The notes under the pieces are model-generated. The model made no database searches. It was not told the origin of the DNA and saw only the letters and a list, made by a program, of their open reading frames with translations. 61,688 nucleotides of DNA from a virus, in the IMG/VR virus record IMGVR_UViG_3300035541_000081, positions 1 to 61,688 of that record, one strand, 5' to 3'. The position numbers were made by a program, and so were the translations under genes. Shown piece by piece: positions 6,994-15,759 of this stretch (the stretch's first letter is position 1; every line of letters begins with the position of its first letter).

Positions 6994-8388
6994 TTAACGA
7001 TCCCGAGACCTGACACCTGGCCCAAGTATGATTTGCGAAATATGGCTATATCCTGTTCGATATAACCACCATTTCTCTTTTGGGCATTGATTTAGATTTG
7101 ATATTCCCTTTTTTGCGATCAAACAGGTTGAATCTCGTAGGAATGAACAGTATTGATCGTGCAGGCAAAATTTATTAGGTGCTGATAGTGGCGTGGCCGT
7201 GTCAACAAGTTCGGGCTCCGGGGATTCTGGGGATTCTGGGGATTCTGGGGATTCTGGGGATTCTTCTGGCGTCGTGGCCTCCTGGCTTGGTGGAATAGAC
7301 TCACATTCCTGATCATGGGCTTGATCATGGGCCTGGGTGGTAATTAATCCCCTGTCCTGCAATTGCTCTGCAAACCATTGCTTAAGATCAACGCCCTGTT
7401 CAAACGCTTCCCCAGGATCTTTGCCTTTCGGGACTGTACACGTTTGTGCCGTGGCATACTGTTCCTTCCACCACCCGGACTCTTTCTGCCCTGCCGGGTC
7501 ATTATCCAGCCCCAGGAGGATTGCGCCTGCGTCCATGAGGTCCAGGTGTGTTTTTTTGTCCGGCCTGGTGGAGGAGTTCCCGATTGCTTTGACAGTAGCC
7601 TGGTGTCCGAACTCCTGCCATGTCAACCAGCCGTCCAGCTCCCCCTCTGTGACGTATATTATTTTGTCTATTGCCCTATTTCTGTCTGCTTTGTCAATTT
7701 TTTGCTCTGCCGGGTCAACTTGGATATGGGCCGGAAAGGAGAAGAAGTCCGTGGAAGACCCGGCAACGAGAATGTACCTATCCGATGATATGGGTTGGTC
7801 CTGACGAATCCGCAGGCGCAATAATCCGCTTTCCGGATGAAAGTATGGGATAATGAGCCCCCTGGGTATCCAGATATTTTTTTGTGCGGATGGAAGCCCC
7901 CAGGTCGCCGGGTCAAAGGTTATGGCCGTGTCAATCAAACCGATTCGGGCTTTCTTGATTGTATTGATATTCAAGCCGCGACTGTATAGATATTCCCGAT
8001 AGGGTTTTCCTATACTCGACATCAATCGCTTGAAGGCTGCAAAGGCAACGGCCTCCCCTTTAGCCTGCCAGGTTGGGTTTGGAATTGTTGTGTCCCTGGG
8101 TGCCCACACTGTTTTTTCAATGAGAAATGTTTTTTTAAAGTGCTGAGGTGTCTGGCCCAGTGCGGCGCAGGCATCTTTGTATGACATGCCGTGGAAATCC
8201 CGGTAAAACTGTATGGCGTCACCGGACCGCTTGCACCCACGACAAACATAATGGTCCCGTTGCGGATGAATTGAAAGACGGTCATGCCCTCCGCAAAATG
8301 GACACGGTCCTTTGTACTCACCCCCGGCAGTAGCCGCTTTTTTCTGATATGTGTGACCGGTTTCCGAAATGATATCTAATATGCTCAT
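6994..8388 (-). CDS. DnaG-type DNA primase (zinc finger + TOPRIM) with a SPE-repeat linker and Cys-containing C-terminal extension
   Basis: CPFCGGHDRLSIHP...YVCRGCKRSGDAIQF zinc finger. TOPRIM-like VTEGELDG and LGLDNDPAGQ. Confidence 0.85.
   Translation of the reverse strand: MSILDIISETGHTYQKKAATAGGEYKGPCPFCGGHDRLSIHPQRDHYVCRGCKRSGDAIQFYRDFHGMSYKDACAALGQTPQHFKKTFLIEKTVWAPRDTTIPNPTWQAKGEAVAFAAFKRLMSSIGKPYREYLYSRGLNINTIKKARIGLIDTAITFDPATWGLPSAQKNIWIPRGLIIPYFHPESGLLRLRIRQDQPISSDRYILVAGSSTDFFSFPAHIQVDPAEQKIDKADRNRAIDKIIYVTEGELDGWLTWQEFGHQATVKAIGNSSTRPDKKTHLDLMDAGAILLGLDNDPAGQKESGWWKEQYATAQTCTVPKGKDPGEAFEQGVDLKQWFAEQLQDRGLITTQAHDQAHDQECESIPPSQEATTPEESPESPESPESPESPEPELVDTATPLSAPNKFCLHDQYCSFLRDSTCLIAKKGISNLNQCPKEKWWLYRTGYSHISQIILGPGVRSRDR
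7220..7264. repeat. 9-bp tandem repeat ggggattct x5 (encodes SPESPESPESPESPE in the primase)
   Basis: Five perfect head-to-tail copies read directly from the sequence; in frame. Confidence 0.9.
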
Positions 8389-8595
8389 AGGCCTTTAAAA
8401 CCTCCCTTTTTTCAAAAACACCCCAAATTCACCCCAAATAAACCAATTTTCTCACCAATTGCCGTAAAAAAAACACATTCCAACCACTTTTTCACCAAAT
8501 TTTCACCACTGCTGATTTTAAATGTTCTTTGTTTTCAGACAGTTATAGCAAAAGTGGTGAGAATTTGGGGCAAATTTAGTCGAAGCATTATACAG

Positions 8596-8643
8596 GTGTG
8601 TGTGCGTGCGTGCACATGCGTATGCGTGCGCGCATATACACGT
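8596..8643. repeat. 48-bp perfectly alternating purine-pyrimidine tract (Z-DNA-prone)
   Basis: gtgtgtgtgcgtgcgtgcacatgcgtatgcgtgcgcgcatatacacgt alternates R/Y without interruption, inside the 610-bp non-coding gap 8389-8998. Confidence 0.9.
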
Positions 8644-8935
8644 TATGCGTTGCGGGTGCATATACACACCAGCGCTATGCGCTTTATATAGTATATACAT
8701 ATACTTATATATATTTTAGTGGTGATAATAGGTATATATATGGTTAAAATAGGTCTTATACTGGTGATAATATCATTATTTTTTGGTGATTTTTTTGAGG
8801 TTTGGTGTGTTTTTGAGATTTGATTATAGTATTTTTCCATTATATCTATAGCCATTATCTATAATACCTATCAATATTTTGTTTATTTCAATAATTCTGA
8901 AGTTTATAATTTCTAAAATTTTGATTGAAGTCACA

Positions 8936-8973
8936 CAAAAAAACCCCAACTATTTTTTTTAGCCGGGGTTTTT
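8936..8973 (-). terminator. candidate intrinsic terminator after gene 8999..9613
   Basis: Minus strand reads aaaaaccccggct-loop-ttggggttttttt: a short stem (aaaacccc/ggggtttt) followed by a T run. Confidence 0.45.
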
Positions 8974-8998
8974 GACATGGTTTTTTTGACACGGGTCT

Positions 8999-9613
8999 TT
9001 AGATGCTACACGGCTTGTCTGGATCATGCCAAGAGCCACATTTTTTGCAGAATGGCTTGACATGTTCAATCGGCTTGTCTATGTCCGCGTCTCTCCAATC
9101 TGGCCACGCCCTTGATAAATTTTTATCCTGCTTGGCCTGCAATGCTGCAATCACATCGTCAACATTGTCAGCAGTTCTCAAGGCCCCTTCAAATCCAAGG
9201 ATCAATACATCAATCCACTCCTCCAAGTCTCCTGGATTGTCCCGGATCTCGTCGAGTTCCCCTTTGATGTGTGCGGTGAGTCCTGCATCCCGAGGGCCAG
9301 GGCCGAACACGCGCAGGAACCAGTCCTTTTGCTTTGATAAGTAATTCTTGAGGGAGAATTGACTGTCCCGGCTATCCCTTTCCATTATGAATTGTTTTGT
9401 ATATACAACGTCGTCAAGTCGTTCTTGGTAGGCGTCCATGAGCGGATCGCGCCCGTTGTGTGTTTGTAATGGATGTCCGTATTTTTCGATGCCGAGTTGC
9501 CGCCGGGATTCCAAGTCTTTGATCAATTCGGGGAAAACCTCGTCAATGCCAACTGTTGACATGGGCTCCGGTGTTGCTGCTGGTCTTGTCTCTGTAATTT
9601 TTTTGTTTTTCAT
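8999..9613 (-). CDS. two-domain MazG/DUF550-like nucleotide pyrophosphohydrolase
   Basis: N-terminal GIEKYGHPLQTHNGRDPLMDAYQERLDDVVY. C-terminal LTAHIKGELDEIRDNPGDLEEWIDVLIL (all-alpha NTP-PPase pattern as in DUF550/MazZ-type proteins). Confidence 0.6.
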   Translation of the reverse strand: MKNKKITETRPAATPEPMSTVGIDEVFPELIKDLESRRQLGIEKYGHPLQTHNGRDPLMDAYQERLDDVVYTKQFIMERDSRDSQFSLKNYLSKQKDWFLRVFGPGPRDAGLTAHIKGELDEIRDNPGDLEEWIDVLILGFEGALRTADNVDDVIAALQAKQDKNLSRAWPDWRDADIDKPIEHVKPFCKKCGSWHDPDKPCSI

Positions 9614-10071
9614 GGTTTTACCTTTTCTGTGTTTCGATTCGGTTTCATAGTAATATCCACACCTGCCTCTATGAACATACTTAATGCCTCTTCAATCTTA
9701 TCTTCCCATCTCATATTTTGTTCTTTTGTTGGGTGTATTGTTACAACCCGTTTAATACCGGATTGAATGATCATACCTGCGCATTGTGGGCAAGGCGGCA
9801 TGGGAACCACATAGATTGAGCACCCGGTAAGATTCTGTTTTGCGAAAAGCAAGGCATTGGCTTCTGCGTGTAAAACTCTTCTATACTTCACTTCGCGATT
9901 GCTGTATTTTTCAGGAGAATCGCTGCAACCCCTGGGGAAGCCATTGAATCCCAGGGAAATTACCCGGTTTTTATTATCCGTAATAACAGCCCCGACCTTG
10001 GTCGATGGGTCTTTGCTCCAGGTGCTTACCATAAACGCCATTTCGATAAATCTATTGTCCCATTTTTTCAT
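9610..10071 (-). CDS. dCMP (deoxycytidylate) deaminase
   Basis: HAEANAL ... PCPQCAGMI zinc-binding signature, 153 aa. Confidence 0.85.
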   Translation of the reverse strand: MKKWDNRFIEMAFMVSTWSKDPSTKVGAVITDNKNRVISLGFNGFPRGCSDSPEKYSNREVKYRRVLHAEANALLFAKQNLTGCSIYVVPMPPCPQCAGMIIQSGIKRVVTIHPTKEQNMRWEDKIEEALSMFIEAGVDITMKPNRNTEKVKP

Positions 10072-11810
10072 ATACCTGTCCCCTCAAAACCGTCATTCAG
10101 GGCCACACCGCGATACGTCCAGACACCGCCTGACGCCTTTTGCTCTCCAAGCTTTCGCTTAATCGATGTGTTGAAATTTTTCTGGTTCAACGGCTTGTAC
10201 CCTGACTCTTTGCACCATTCCTGGTATTGCGCATAAAGCACTTTTGCCTTCACCCGCATTGATATGCTTTTCTTTGCCGCATCGCTCAAATCGACAATGC
10301 AACGCTCCTGTAAAAACGTGCGGATAATATCCTCATTCTCCCGATATATGCTTTTTGCCGTTGTCAGTTTCTTGGGGATGGCGAATCCGTGCTTCTGCCA
10401 AAGCTGTGTGCCCTCGACAAGCCACCGCAGAATGCCAGGCAACTCTTGACTCAGCGTATTTTCCAACTCTCCATCTTTTTGTCGCTCCCAAGATTTTTGC
10501 GGGTTTTCGACAAATGAAAGATTAAACGGGATCAACATCACGCGCGTCCAGAAGGCGTCGTCGTCCGGGTCAATCCGGGGCAGTGGGTTTGTCAATGTGA
10601 AAAGCGTGTGAGAGGGCGTGAACACAGACTCTTTCCGGTCAAACGGGTTCCTGGCCGTGATCGTATCCCCGCCGGACAAACTCTTGACAACGGAGGTGTC
10701 GAGGCTGTCCTGGCGCTGTGCTTCACTGGTCCATACAAGCCGCGCCCCCCGAAACTTCATCAGGCCGGAATTTGGCCCTGAGTTTTTTTGCTGAATCCCC
10801 TGCATCAGCATTTGAGTTGATGCCTTGTAGGCCATGTCGCCCAGGATAAGTTTCATTGTCTCAACGATCGTGCCCTTGCCGTTCCTACCATGGTCGCCCC
10901 AAAGTATCGGGTAGATGTGTTCCGTTCTGAGCCCGGTTATCGAGTATCCCAGGAGCCGTTGAAGAAAGTCTACAACCTCCTGATCCCCTTCAAAAATTTC
11001 AGACAAGAAGGACTTCCAACGCGGACAGGTCGCATTGTCATCCCATTTGACCGGGCAGACGGTTTTGATGTAATCCTCAGGGCGACCATCCCGCCGCTTC
11101 CCTGTTTTCAAATTGATTACGCCGTTTTTACAGCCCAACAGCCACGGGTTTTGATCCCACCCATCTCCCACATAGCCCAAGGAGTTCACGCCCCTGGAAG
11201 ATATTTTTAAAACGTTTTCGCGCCGTTTTAATGTTAACAGTGATTGCTCTCTGTCTTTTAGCCGCTTGATTTTGATTTTTAAGTCTTTTTCCACCTGTTC
11301 GCGCCTCTCCTGTGATAGTTTTGAGTTCAGGGCTAATTGATCCAGGCGATACTCCTCCTTTTTTCGTTGTTCGTAATAGAGCGCAACAACGTCATTAACC
11401 AACCAGAATATTTCTAATTGCTCGTCCTCGCGCCAATAATGATCATTCCAATAATGCCAGGCCGCACGCTTGCTTACGCGATGATCGTGAAGCCGCAGTC
11501 CTTTGAATAGATTAATAACCAACGTCGCATCACCAATCTCATTTTCCTCCAGGGCCTTATAAATGTCCTTTTCGGGAAAGAGCCCCTCGGGTAGCTCCTC
11601 GGGTTTGTACTCATAATCGACAAGCTTTAACGGAGCTTGCCCGGGTAACGCATCAACCCCTTTATTGAAATCCTCCTTTGATATTCCAGGGGCTTGTTTT
11701 CGCCCTGGTGGCGGTGACTCTGTTGCCTGTTCCGGGCCTTGTCCATGGCCTTGCACATCTTCGCTGATCTTGTTGCCAAGGCTCTTGCGGTTTTTATTAT
11801 TATTGCTCAT
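10068..11810 (-). CDS. SF3 helicase of the D5/P4 primase-helicase family
   Basis: D5_N-like NPWLLGCKNGVINLKTG...CPRWKSFL, Walker A GDHGRNGKGT. The ATG at 11810 overlaps the upstream stop (ATGA); the ORF track starts earlier at 11915. Confidence 0.8.
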   Translation of the reverse strand: MSNNNKNRKSLGNKISEDVQGHGQGPEQATESPPPGRKQAPGISKEDFNKGVDALPGQAPLKLVDYEYKPEELPEGLFPEKDIYKALEENEIGDATLVINLFKGLRLHDHRVSKRAAWHYWNDHYWREDEQLEIFWLVNDVVALYYEQRKKEEYRLDQLALNSKLSQERREQVEKDLKIKIKRLKDREQSLLTLKRRENVLKISSRGVNSLGYVGDGWDQNPWLLGCKNGVINLKTGKRRDGRPEDYIKTVCPVKWDDNATCPRWKSFLSEIFEGDQEVVDFLQRLLGYSITGLRTEHIYPILWGDHGRNGKGTIVETMKLILGDMAYKASTQMLMQGIQQKNSGPNSGLMKFRGARLVWTSEAQRQDSLDTSVVKSLSGGDTITARNPFDRKESVFTPSHTLFTLTNPLPRIDPDDDAFWTRVMLIPFNLSFVENPQKSWERQKDGELENTLSQELPGILRWLVEGTQLWQKHGFAIPKKLTTAKSIYRENEDIIRTFLQERCIVDLSDAAKKSISMRVKAKVLYAQYQEWCKESGYKPLNQKNFNTSIKRKLGEQKASGGVWTYRGVALNDGFEGTGI

Positions 11811-12313
11811 ATTTTTGAAAACTCCATTTTGCCCCCAGGTTGCCGGTCTTGCCAGAACCGCAGAAGGGTTAAATAAATGTGCTTCTGGCAAAAACTTCGA
11901 TCCGGGCATGGCCAAACCGAGACCCCAAATCGTTGTGACATGGCGACCAGGGAGCGATACACGGACTTCGGCCTCATCTGCGTTATTGGCGGCGGGGATT
12001 GGAAAATAGCCCGTAGGTCCCCCTCGATAACGATCTCGGAATGATCGAATTCGGCCATCCTGGATAGCTCACGTTCAAACCTATCCCGGCCACGGCCCAG
12101 AGTCTGGAAAAGATCGGGCAAATTCTTTCGCTCTATACAGATAGAGTGTGAGCAATCCGGCGTTGACATGGACTCAATCGAATAATCCCCTGTTTTCAGG
12201 GACGCGAATTCATATGTAAAATTCGGGAAATCCGGGTCGCCGACGCAATCAAACAACACAGGTTGCTGCTCCCGTGTGTCTATTAATATGACCATGGGGG
12301 GAGTGGTTTTCAT
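11807..12313 (-). CDS. ERCC4/XPF-Mus81-type endonuclease
   Basis: ILIDTREQ ... GDYSI ... IERKNLPDLFQTL (GDxn-ERKxxxD signature). ATGA-coupled start at 12313. Confidence 0.7.
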   Translation of the reverse strand: MKTTPPMVILIDTREQQPVLFDCVGDPDFPNFTYEFASLKTGDYSIESMSTPDCSHSICIERKNLPDLFQTLGRGRDRFERELSRMAEFDHSEIVIEGDLRAIFQSPPPITQMRPKSVYRSLVAMSQRFGVSVWPCPDRSFCQKHIYLTLLRFWQDRQPGGKMEFSKI

Positions 12314-12753
12314 TCTGCGAACAAGCCCTCCCAGGTATCCGCTGCCGCTTGGCCGGATTGACAATGCCTGGTCAGATCCTGATGTCCACCACGCTCAAAA
12401 TAGTCGATAATATCAATTAGCGTTTTTATGACGGTTTCGCTTACATGGGAGTGGTTGCCTGGACCTTCGAGGAACCCGAGACAAAAAGAGCTCATGGCCG
12501 GGGCCTGGAACTCCTCATCACATGGACCAATCGCATATTTGAGCTTGTCGATGTTTTTTTCAATGGCATGGATGTCTATCTTACTGGGATGAAGACCGGT
12601 TTTTGCAATGTCCTTGTCAACGGCCTTGCGCAGTTTTAAATACAGGCCGCGTAATCTGCCGTTTGGGATTGCGTTGTCGTCTAATTCCTTGTCGGCAATG
12701 GACCGGATGAAGGCCAGTTCTGTCAATTTGCGCTGTTCTTTTCGGGTTAGCAT
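12310..12753 (-). CDS. hypothetical protein
   Basis: 147-aa ORF within the operon. Confidence 0.6.
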   Translation of the reverse strand: MLTRKEQRKLTELAFIRSIADKELDDNAIPNGRLRGLYLKLRKAVDKDIAKTGLHPSKIDIHAIEKNIDKLKYAIGPCDEEFQAPAMSSFCLGFLEGPGNHSHVSETVIKTLIDIIDYFERGGHQDLTRHCQSGQAAADTWEGLFAE

Positions 12754-12782
12754 GATATTATTTGATCTCCTGTGTGTTTTTT

Positions 12783-14069
12783 TTAAATCGCATATTCCAA
12801 CAACCGCCTGCGCCGCTGTTCTTCCACCAGGCGCTCAGTCAATTTAGTATTTCGGTTATTGGGCTCTTTGTTTCGTATCGCTTTTGCAATCGTGTTGAAG
12901 CATCCAATGGTGATCACGATTTCCCGCCCCCTGGAGATAGCCGTGTAGATCCAGGCATTGGAAAGAAACCGGTCAAATTGCTTGTGGACCGGAATTATAA
13001 TTACGGGGGCTTCAGAACCCTGAAACCGGTGACAAGTGATACAGTAGGCGTGGAGTAAATGTTTCTCTTTTTTGGGAATTGTGACTTGCCGGTCCGGGTT
13101 TGTGAAAGTGACGACAATGTTCTGCTTTTGGATCTCATCTACAAACCCGATATCTCCATTGACAATGTTCTCAACGTCGTTGTCTGTTCCCGGGTATGCC
13201 ATGTTCTTGGTATTGATCACCCGGTCCTTGGCCCGAAAGGGGTAGTCGCCGTCATCCCAGGCAGCCGGGTTAAGCCGGTTGCGCAATCGCTCATTGATAC
13301 TTTTGCAGGACAGCTCCCCTTTTTCATTCACAGGGCTGATCACCTGCACATCGTTGACCGGGTCATATCCGCGCAGGGGCATACGCTCACAGACGATAGC
13401 CTCGACACCGGCCAGGGCCTGCTCCGGGGTGTCGCACTCAACATGGATCAAGTTGACCGGGCCTTCCGGGTTTTCCAGGTCCAGGGCCTGCGGCGGGGAA
13501 TAGATAATACCGTTTTTGATTTTGTGGCAGGCTGAGACAATTGTTCCTGAATTTCGATGAATAATATCAAGCTCCGTGTGTGGGATCACTTTGGATGAAA
13601 GCATGTCCCGCAGCACGGCGCCAGGCCCCACGGAGGGTAATTGATCAGAATCCCCAATCAGCAACAAGCGTGTTTTTTTGGGATCTATGGCTTTGAGGAC
13701 ACTGCACATCAGGGAATTGGTGATCATGGAGATTTCATCCAGGATCAATAGGTCGCAGTGAAGTGGGGCATTCTCATTGTGCATGAACTCAAAATGGCCA
13801 TTCACAAATGTGCAACCGAGCAAGGCATGTATGGTGCTTGCGAATTCTCCGGTGCTTTCAACCATGCGCCGAGCAGCCTTGCCCGTGGGTGCCGCCTGGA
13901 ATACGCTTAAGTTTTCTGACCTGGCCCATTTGATTATTTCAAGAATTGTTGTGGACTTGCCTGTTCCCGGGCCGCCTGTCAGGATAGAAACCCGATGTTT
14001 TTTGGCCATATCGACTGCGGCTCTTTGTTGCGACGTGAGGGTTATTGTATCTGCTTCATCTGTGTTCAT
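12783..14069 (-). CDS. RecD-like SF1 helicase core
   Basis: GGPGTGKST, LILDEISM, GDSDQLPSVGPG, TCHRFQGSE, YTAISRGRE. Confidence 0.85.
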   Translation of the reverse strand: MNTDEADTITLTSQQRAAVDMAKKHRVSILTGGPGTGKSTTILEIIKWARSENLSVFQAAPTGKAARRMVESTGEFASTIHALLGCTFVNGHFEFMHNENAPLHCDLLILDEISMITNSLMCSVLKAIDPKKTRLLLIGDSDQLPSVGPGAVLRDMLSSKVIPHTELDIIHRNSGTIVSACHKIKNGIIYSPPQALDLENPEGPVNLIHVECDTPEQALAGVEAIVCERMPLRGYDPVNDVQVISPVNEKGELSCKSINERLRNRLNPAAWDDGDYPFRAKDRVINTKNMAYPGTDNDVENIVNGDIGFVDEIQKQNIVVTFTNPDRQVTIPKKEKHLLHAYCITCHRFQGSEAPVIIIPVHKQFDRFLSNAWIYTAISRGREIVITIGCFNTIAKAIRNKEPNNRNTKLTERLVEEQRRRRLLEYAI

Positions 14070-14989
14070 GCAGCCACCACCCTTTCCAAAGCCACCAGTC
14101 TTTCAGCCACCTCCTGTTCGTCCCGGGCCATGTCAGCAAAGGCGATATCCCCGGAGGCATCTTCCACCAGAACTTCGTCAACAAGCAGGGCTTCCAACCC
14201 AAGCACCAGATCCTTGACCTGGATCAGTTCATAGACCGCTTCAATCAGTTGCTCCTTGCCAACCCAGATGTGCCCGTCCTGGTTGATGGCTTTCATGGCG
14301 TGGAGTGTCGCGGCCTTCTTGCGCTCAAGGCTGTCCCGGGGAAACTCTGCGTTGATTATCGCCACTTTGTCAGCCAGGAAAAACCCGATTCCGTGAAACT
14401 GCACAAGCATGTACGGGTTTTCAAGAACTCGATCTGCCGCCTCGTGCTCATATTTTTTGAGTAGATCCGTAATTAACGTTTTTCTCATGCCCGGGACGCT
14501 TAAAAGCGATTCAAGCTTCACCATGACCTGCTCATATTCTGCGTGTTTGAGGAGTTCGGTCTGAATCTCTATGGCCCTGTCCTGGGTTATGCCTTTGATG
14601 TCATTGGAAACGCACTCAGGATCGGTCTTTAGAACCTCAAGCGTCTTTTCCTGGTACCGGTCAACAATCATGTTACCAATAGCGGGACCAACGAATTTGC
14701 AGATCCGTACAATGTATTTAAAGATTCCGGCAGCATCGGTAGGCTCGACGACATGATACAAATTAAATTTAAATTGCCTGCCGTATTTTTTGTTTTCCTG
14801 CCACTCGCCGGTCAAGTCATAGGTCATACCCGGTTGCGCGTTCGGCAGGTTCCCCAGGGCGATGAATGTTCCGTAGTCACCGGCAAAGTTGGCAATGATG
14901 AAGTGGGTTTCCTGGTTTGAAAAAATAACCTGGGACAGGCTCCCGGAAATTGTTTCAGCGTTTTTATCAGCGTGTTTATTTGTTTTCAT
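14066..14989 (-). CDS. RecD2 N-terminal-domain-like protein (separate ORF preceding the helicase core)
   Basis: 307 aa. The OB/HhH-like region (QETHFIIANF...LTGEWQENKKYGRQFK...FVGPAIGNMIVDRYQEKTLEVL) resembles the N-terminal half of RecD2. ATGA overlap with 12783..14069. Confidence 0.6.
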   Translation of the reverse strand: MKTNKHADKNAETISGSLSQVIFSNQETHFIIANFAGDYGTFIALGNLPNAQPGMTYDLTGEWQENKKYGRQFKFNLYHVVEPTDAAGIFKYIVRICKFVGPAIGNMIVDRYQEKTLEVLKTDPECVSNDIKGITQDRAIEIQTELLKHAEYEQVMVKLESLLSVPGMRKTLITDLLKKYEHEAADRVLENPYMLVQFHGIGFFLADKVAIINAEFPRDSLERKKAATLHAMKAINQDGHIWVGKEQLIEAVYELIQVKDLVLGLEALLVDEVLVEDASGDIAFADMARDEQEVAERLVALERVVAA

Positions 14990-15753
14990 TGTGGTTTTTT
15001 TTCCAGCATCAGTTGAATTTCATAATCATAAAACTCCAATGGGATAATTTTAAACTTGTCCGGCATAATGTGGATCAACGCCCGGCGGTATCCGTCAACG
15101 CCCGGAAAATATCCTTCCTTGTCCAGGATGTACTGGTAGGTGGAGAGCTGAAGGGAGTATTTGGAAACATCAGACGCTTGCAAGTGGTCGATGGGGTCCA
15201 TGGCGGTCTCCCCACGAAAGCCCTGCCGGGTAATTTTCTTATTCTGTTTCCAGTCTAAAATTAAAACCTCATTAGTGGCCGGGTCAAACAGCACCAAATC
15301 CACCATGCCCGACAGGCCCAGGGCCGGGGAAAATATCACCATTTCAGCCGCCACAAACACAAACCGTCTCAGCAACCCGGCCACCGCCCGGTCCACCTGC
15401 ACAAACAAATCCCGACACCGGTCGGATATCGGCCTGGGCAACTGTTCCCGGGGCCATCCAGACACCATCCCCTCCGCATACATGTGCGTGTTATCCCCCT
15501 CGGAGCTTCCGCGCTCAGCCTCGGCCTGCCACTCAGCTTGGATATCCCCAGGGGAACGCCCGGCATATTTGGGATTCTTACCGGCCACACATCTCCTTGA
15601 CATGGCGACCGCGTCAAACTGCGGAAAAAACGGTTTTACGAAGGATGTCCCGGACGTGTACCGCACTCCCCTGTTATCAACATAGGAGTGCGGTTCTTCC
15701 AGGAATTCAATCCAAGCGTCACCGTTCGGATGGTATGCCCGTTTGTCAGCCAT
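14986..15753 (-). CDS. PD-(D/E)XK family nuclease (RecB/Cas4-like exonuclease)
   Basis: GMVDLVLFD...EVLILDWKQNKK (D...D/E-x-K) and N-terminal HSYVD...YTSGTSF. Confidence 0.65.
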   Translation of the reverse strand: MADKRAYHPNGDAWIEFLEEPHSYVDNRGVRYTSGTSFVKPFFPQFDAVAMSRRCVAGKNPKYAGRSPGDIQAEWQAEAERGSSEGDNTHMYAEGMVSGWPREQLPRPISDRCRDLFVQVDRAVAGLLRRFVFVAAEMVIFSPALGLSGMVDLVLFDPATNEVLILDWKQNKKITRQGFRGETAMDPIDHLQASDVSKYSLQLSTYQYILDKEGYFPGVDGYRRALIHIMPDKFKIIPLEFYDYEIQLMLEKKPQ

Positions 15754-15759
15754 TAATCC

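Noticed and set aside
8518-8855. ORFs 8518..8700 and 8643..8855 (minus strand) in the primase-upstream gap
   Set aside because: Their translations are simple-sequence artefacts (CICAHAYACARTHTH..., IYIPIITTKIYISICIYYI...) of the alternating Pu/Py and TA-rich tracts.
8999-9613. DUF550/MazZ-like enzyme as evidence for a 2-aminoadenine (Z-base) genome
   Set aside because: No PurZ-like adenylosuccinate-synthetase homologue was recognisable among the ORFs. The pyrophosphohydrolase alone is insufficient evidence.
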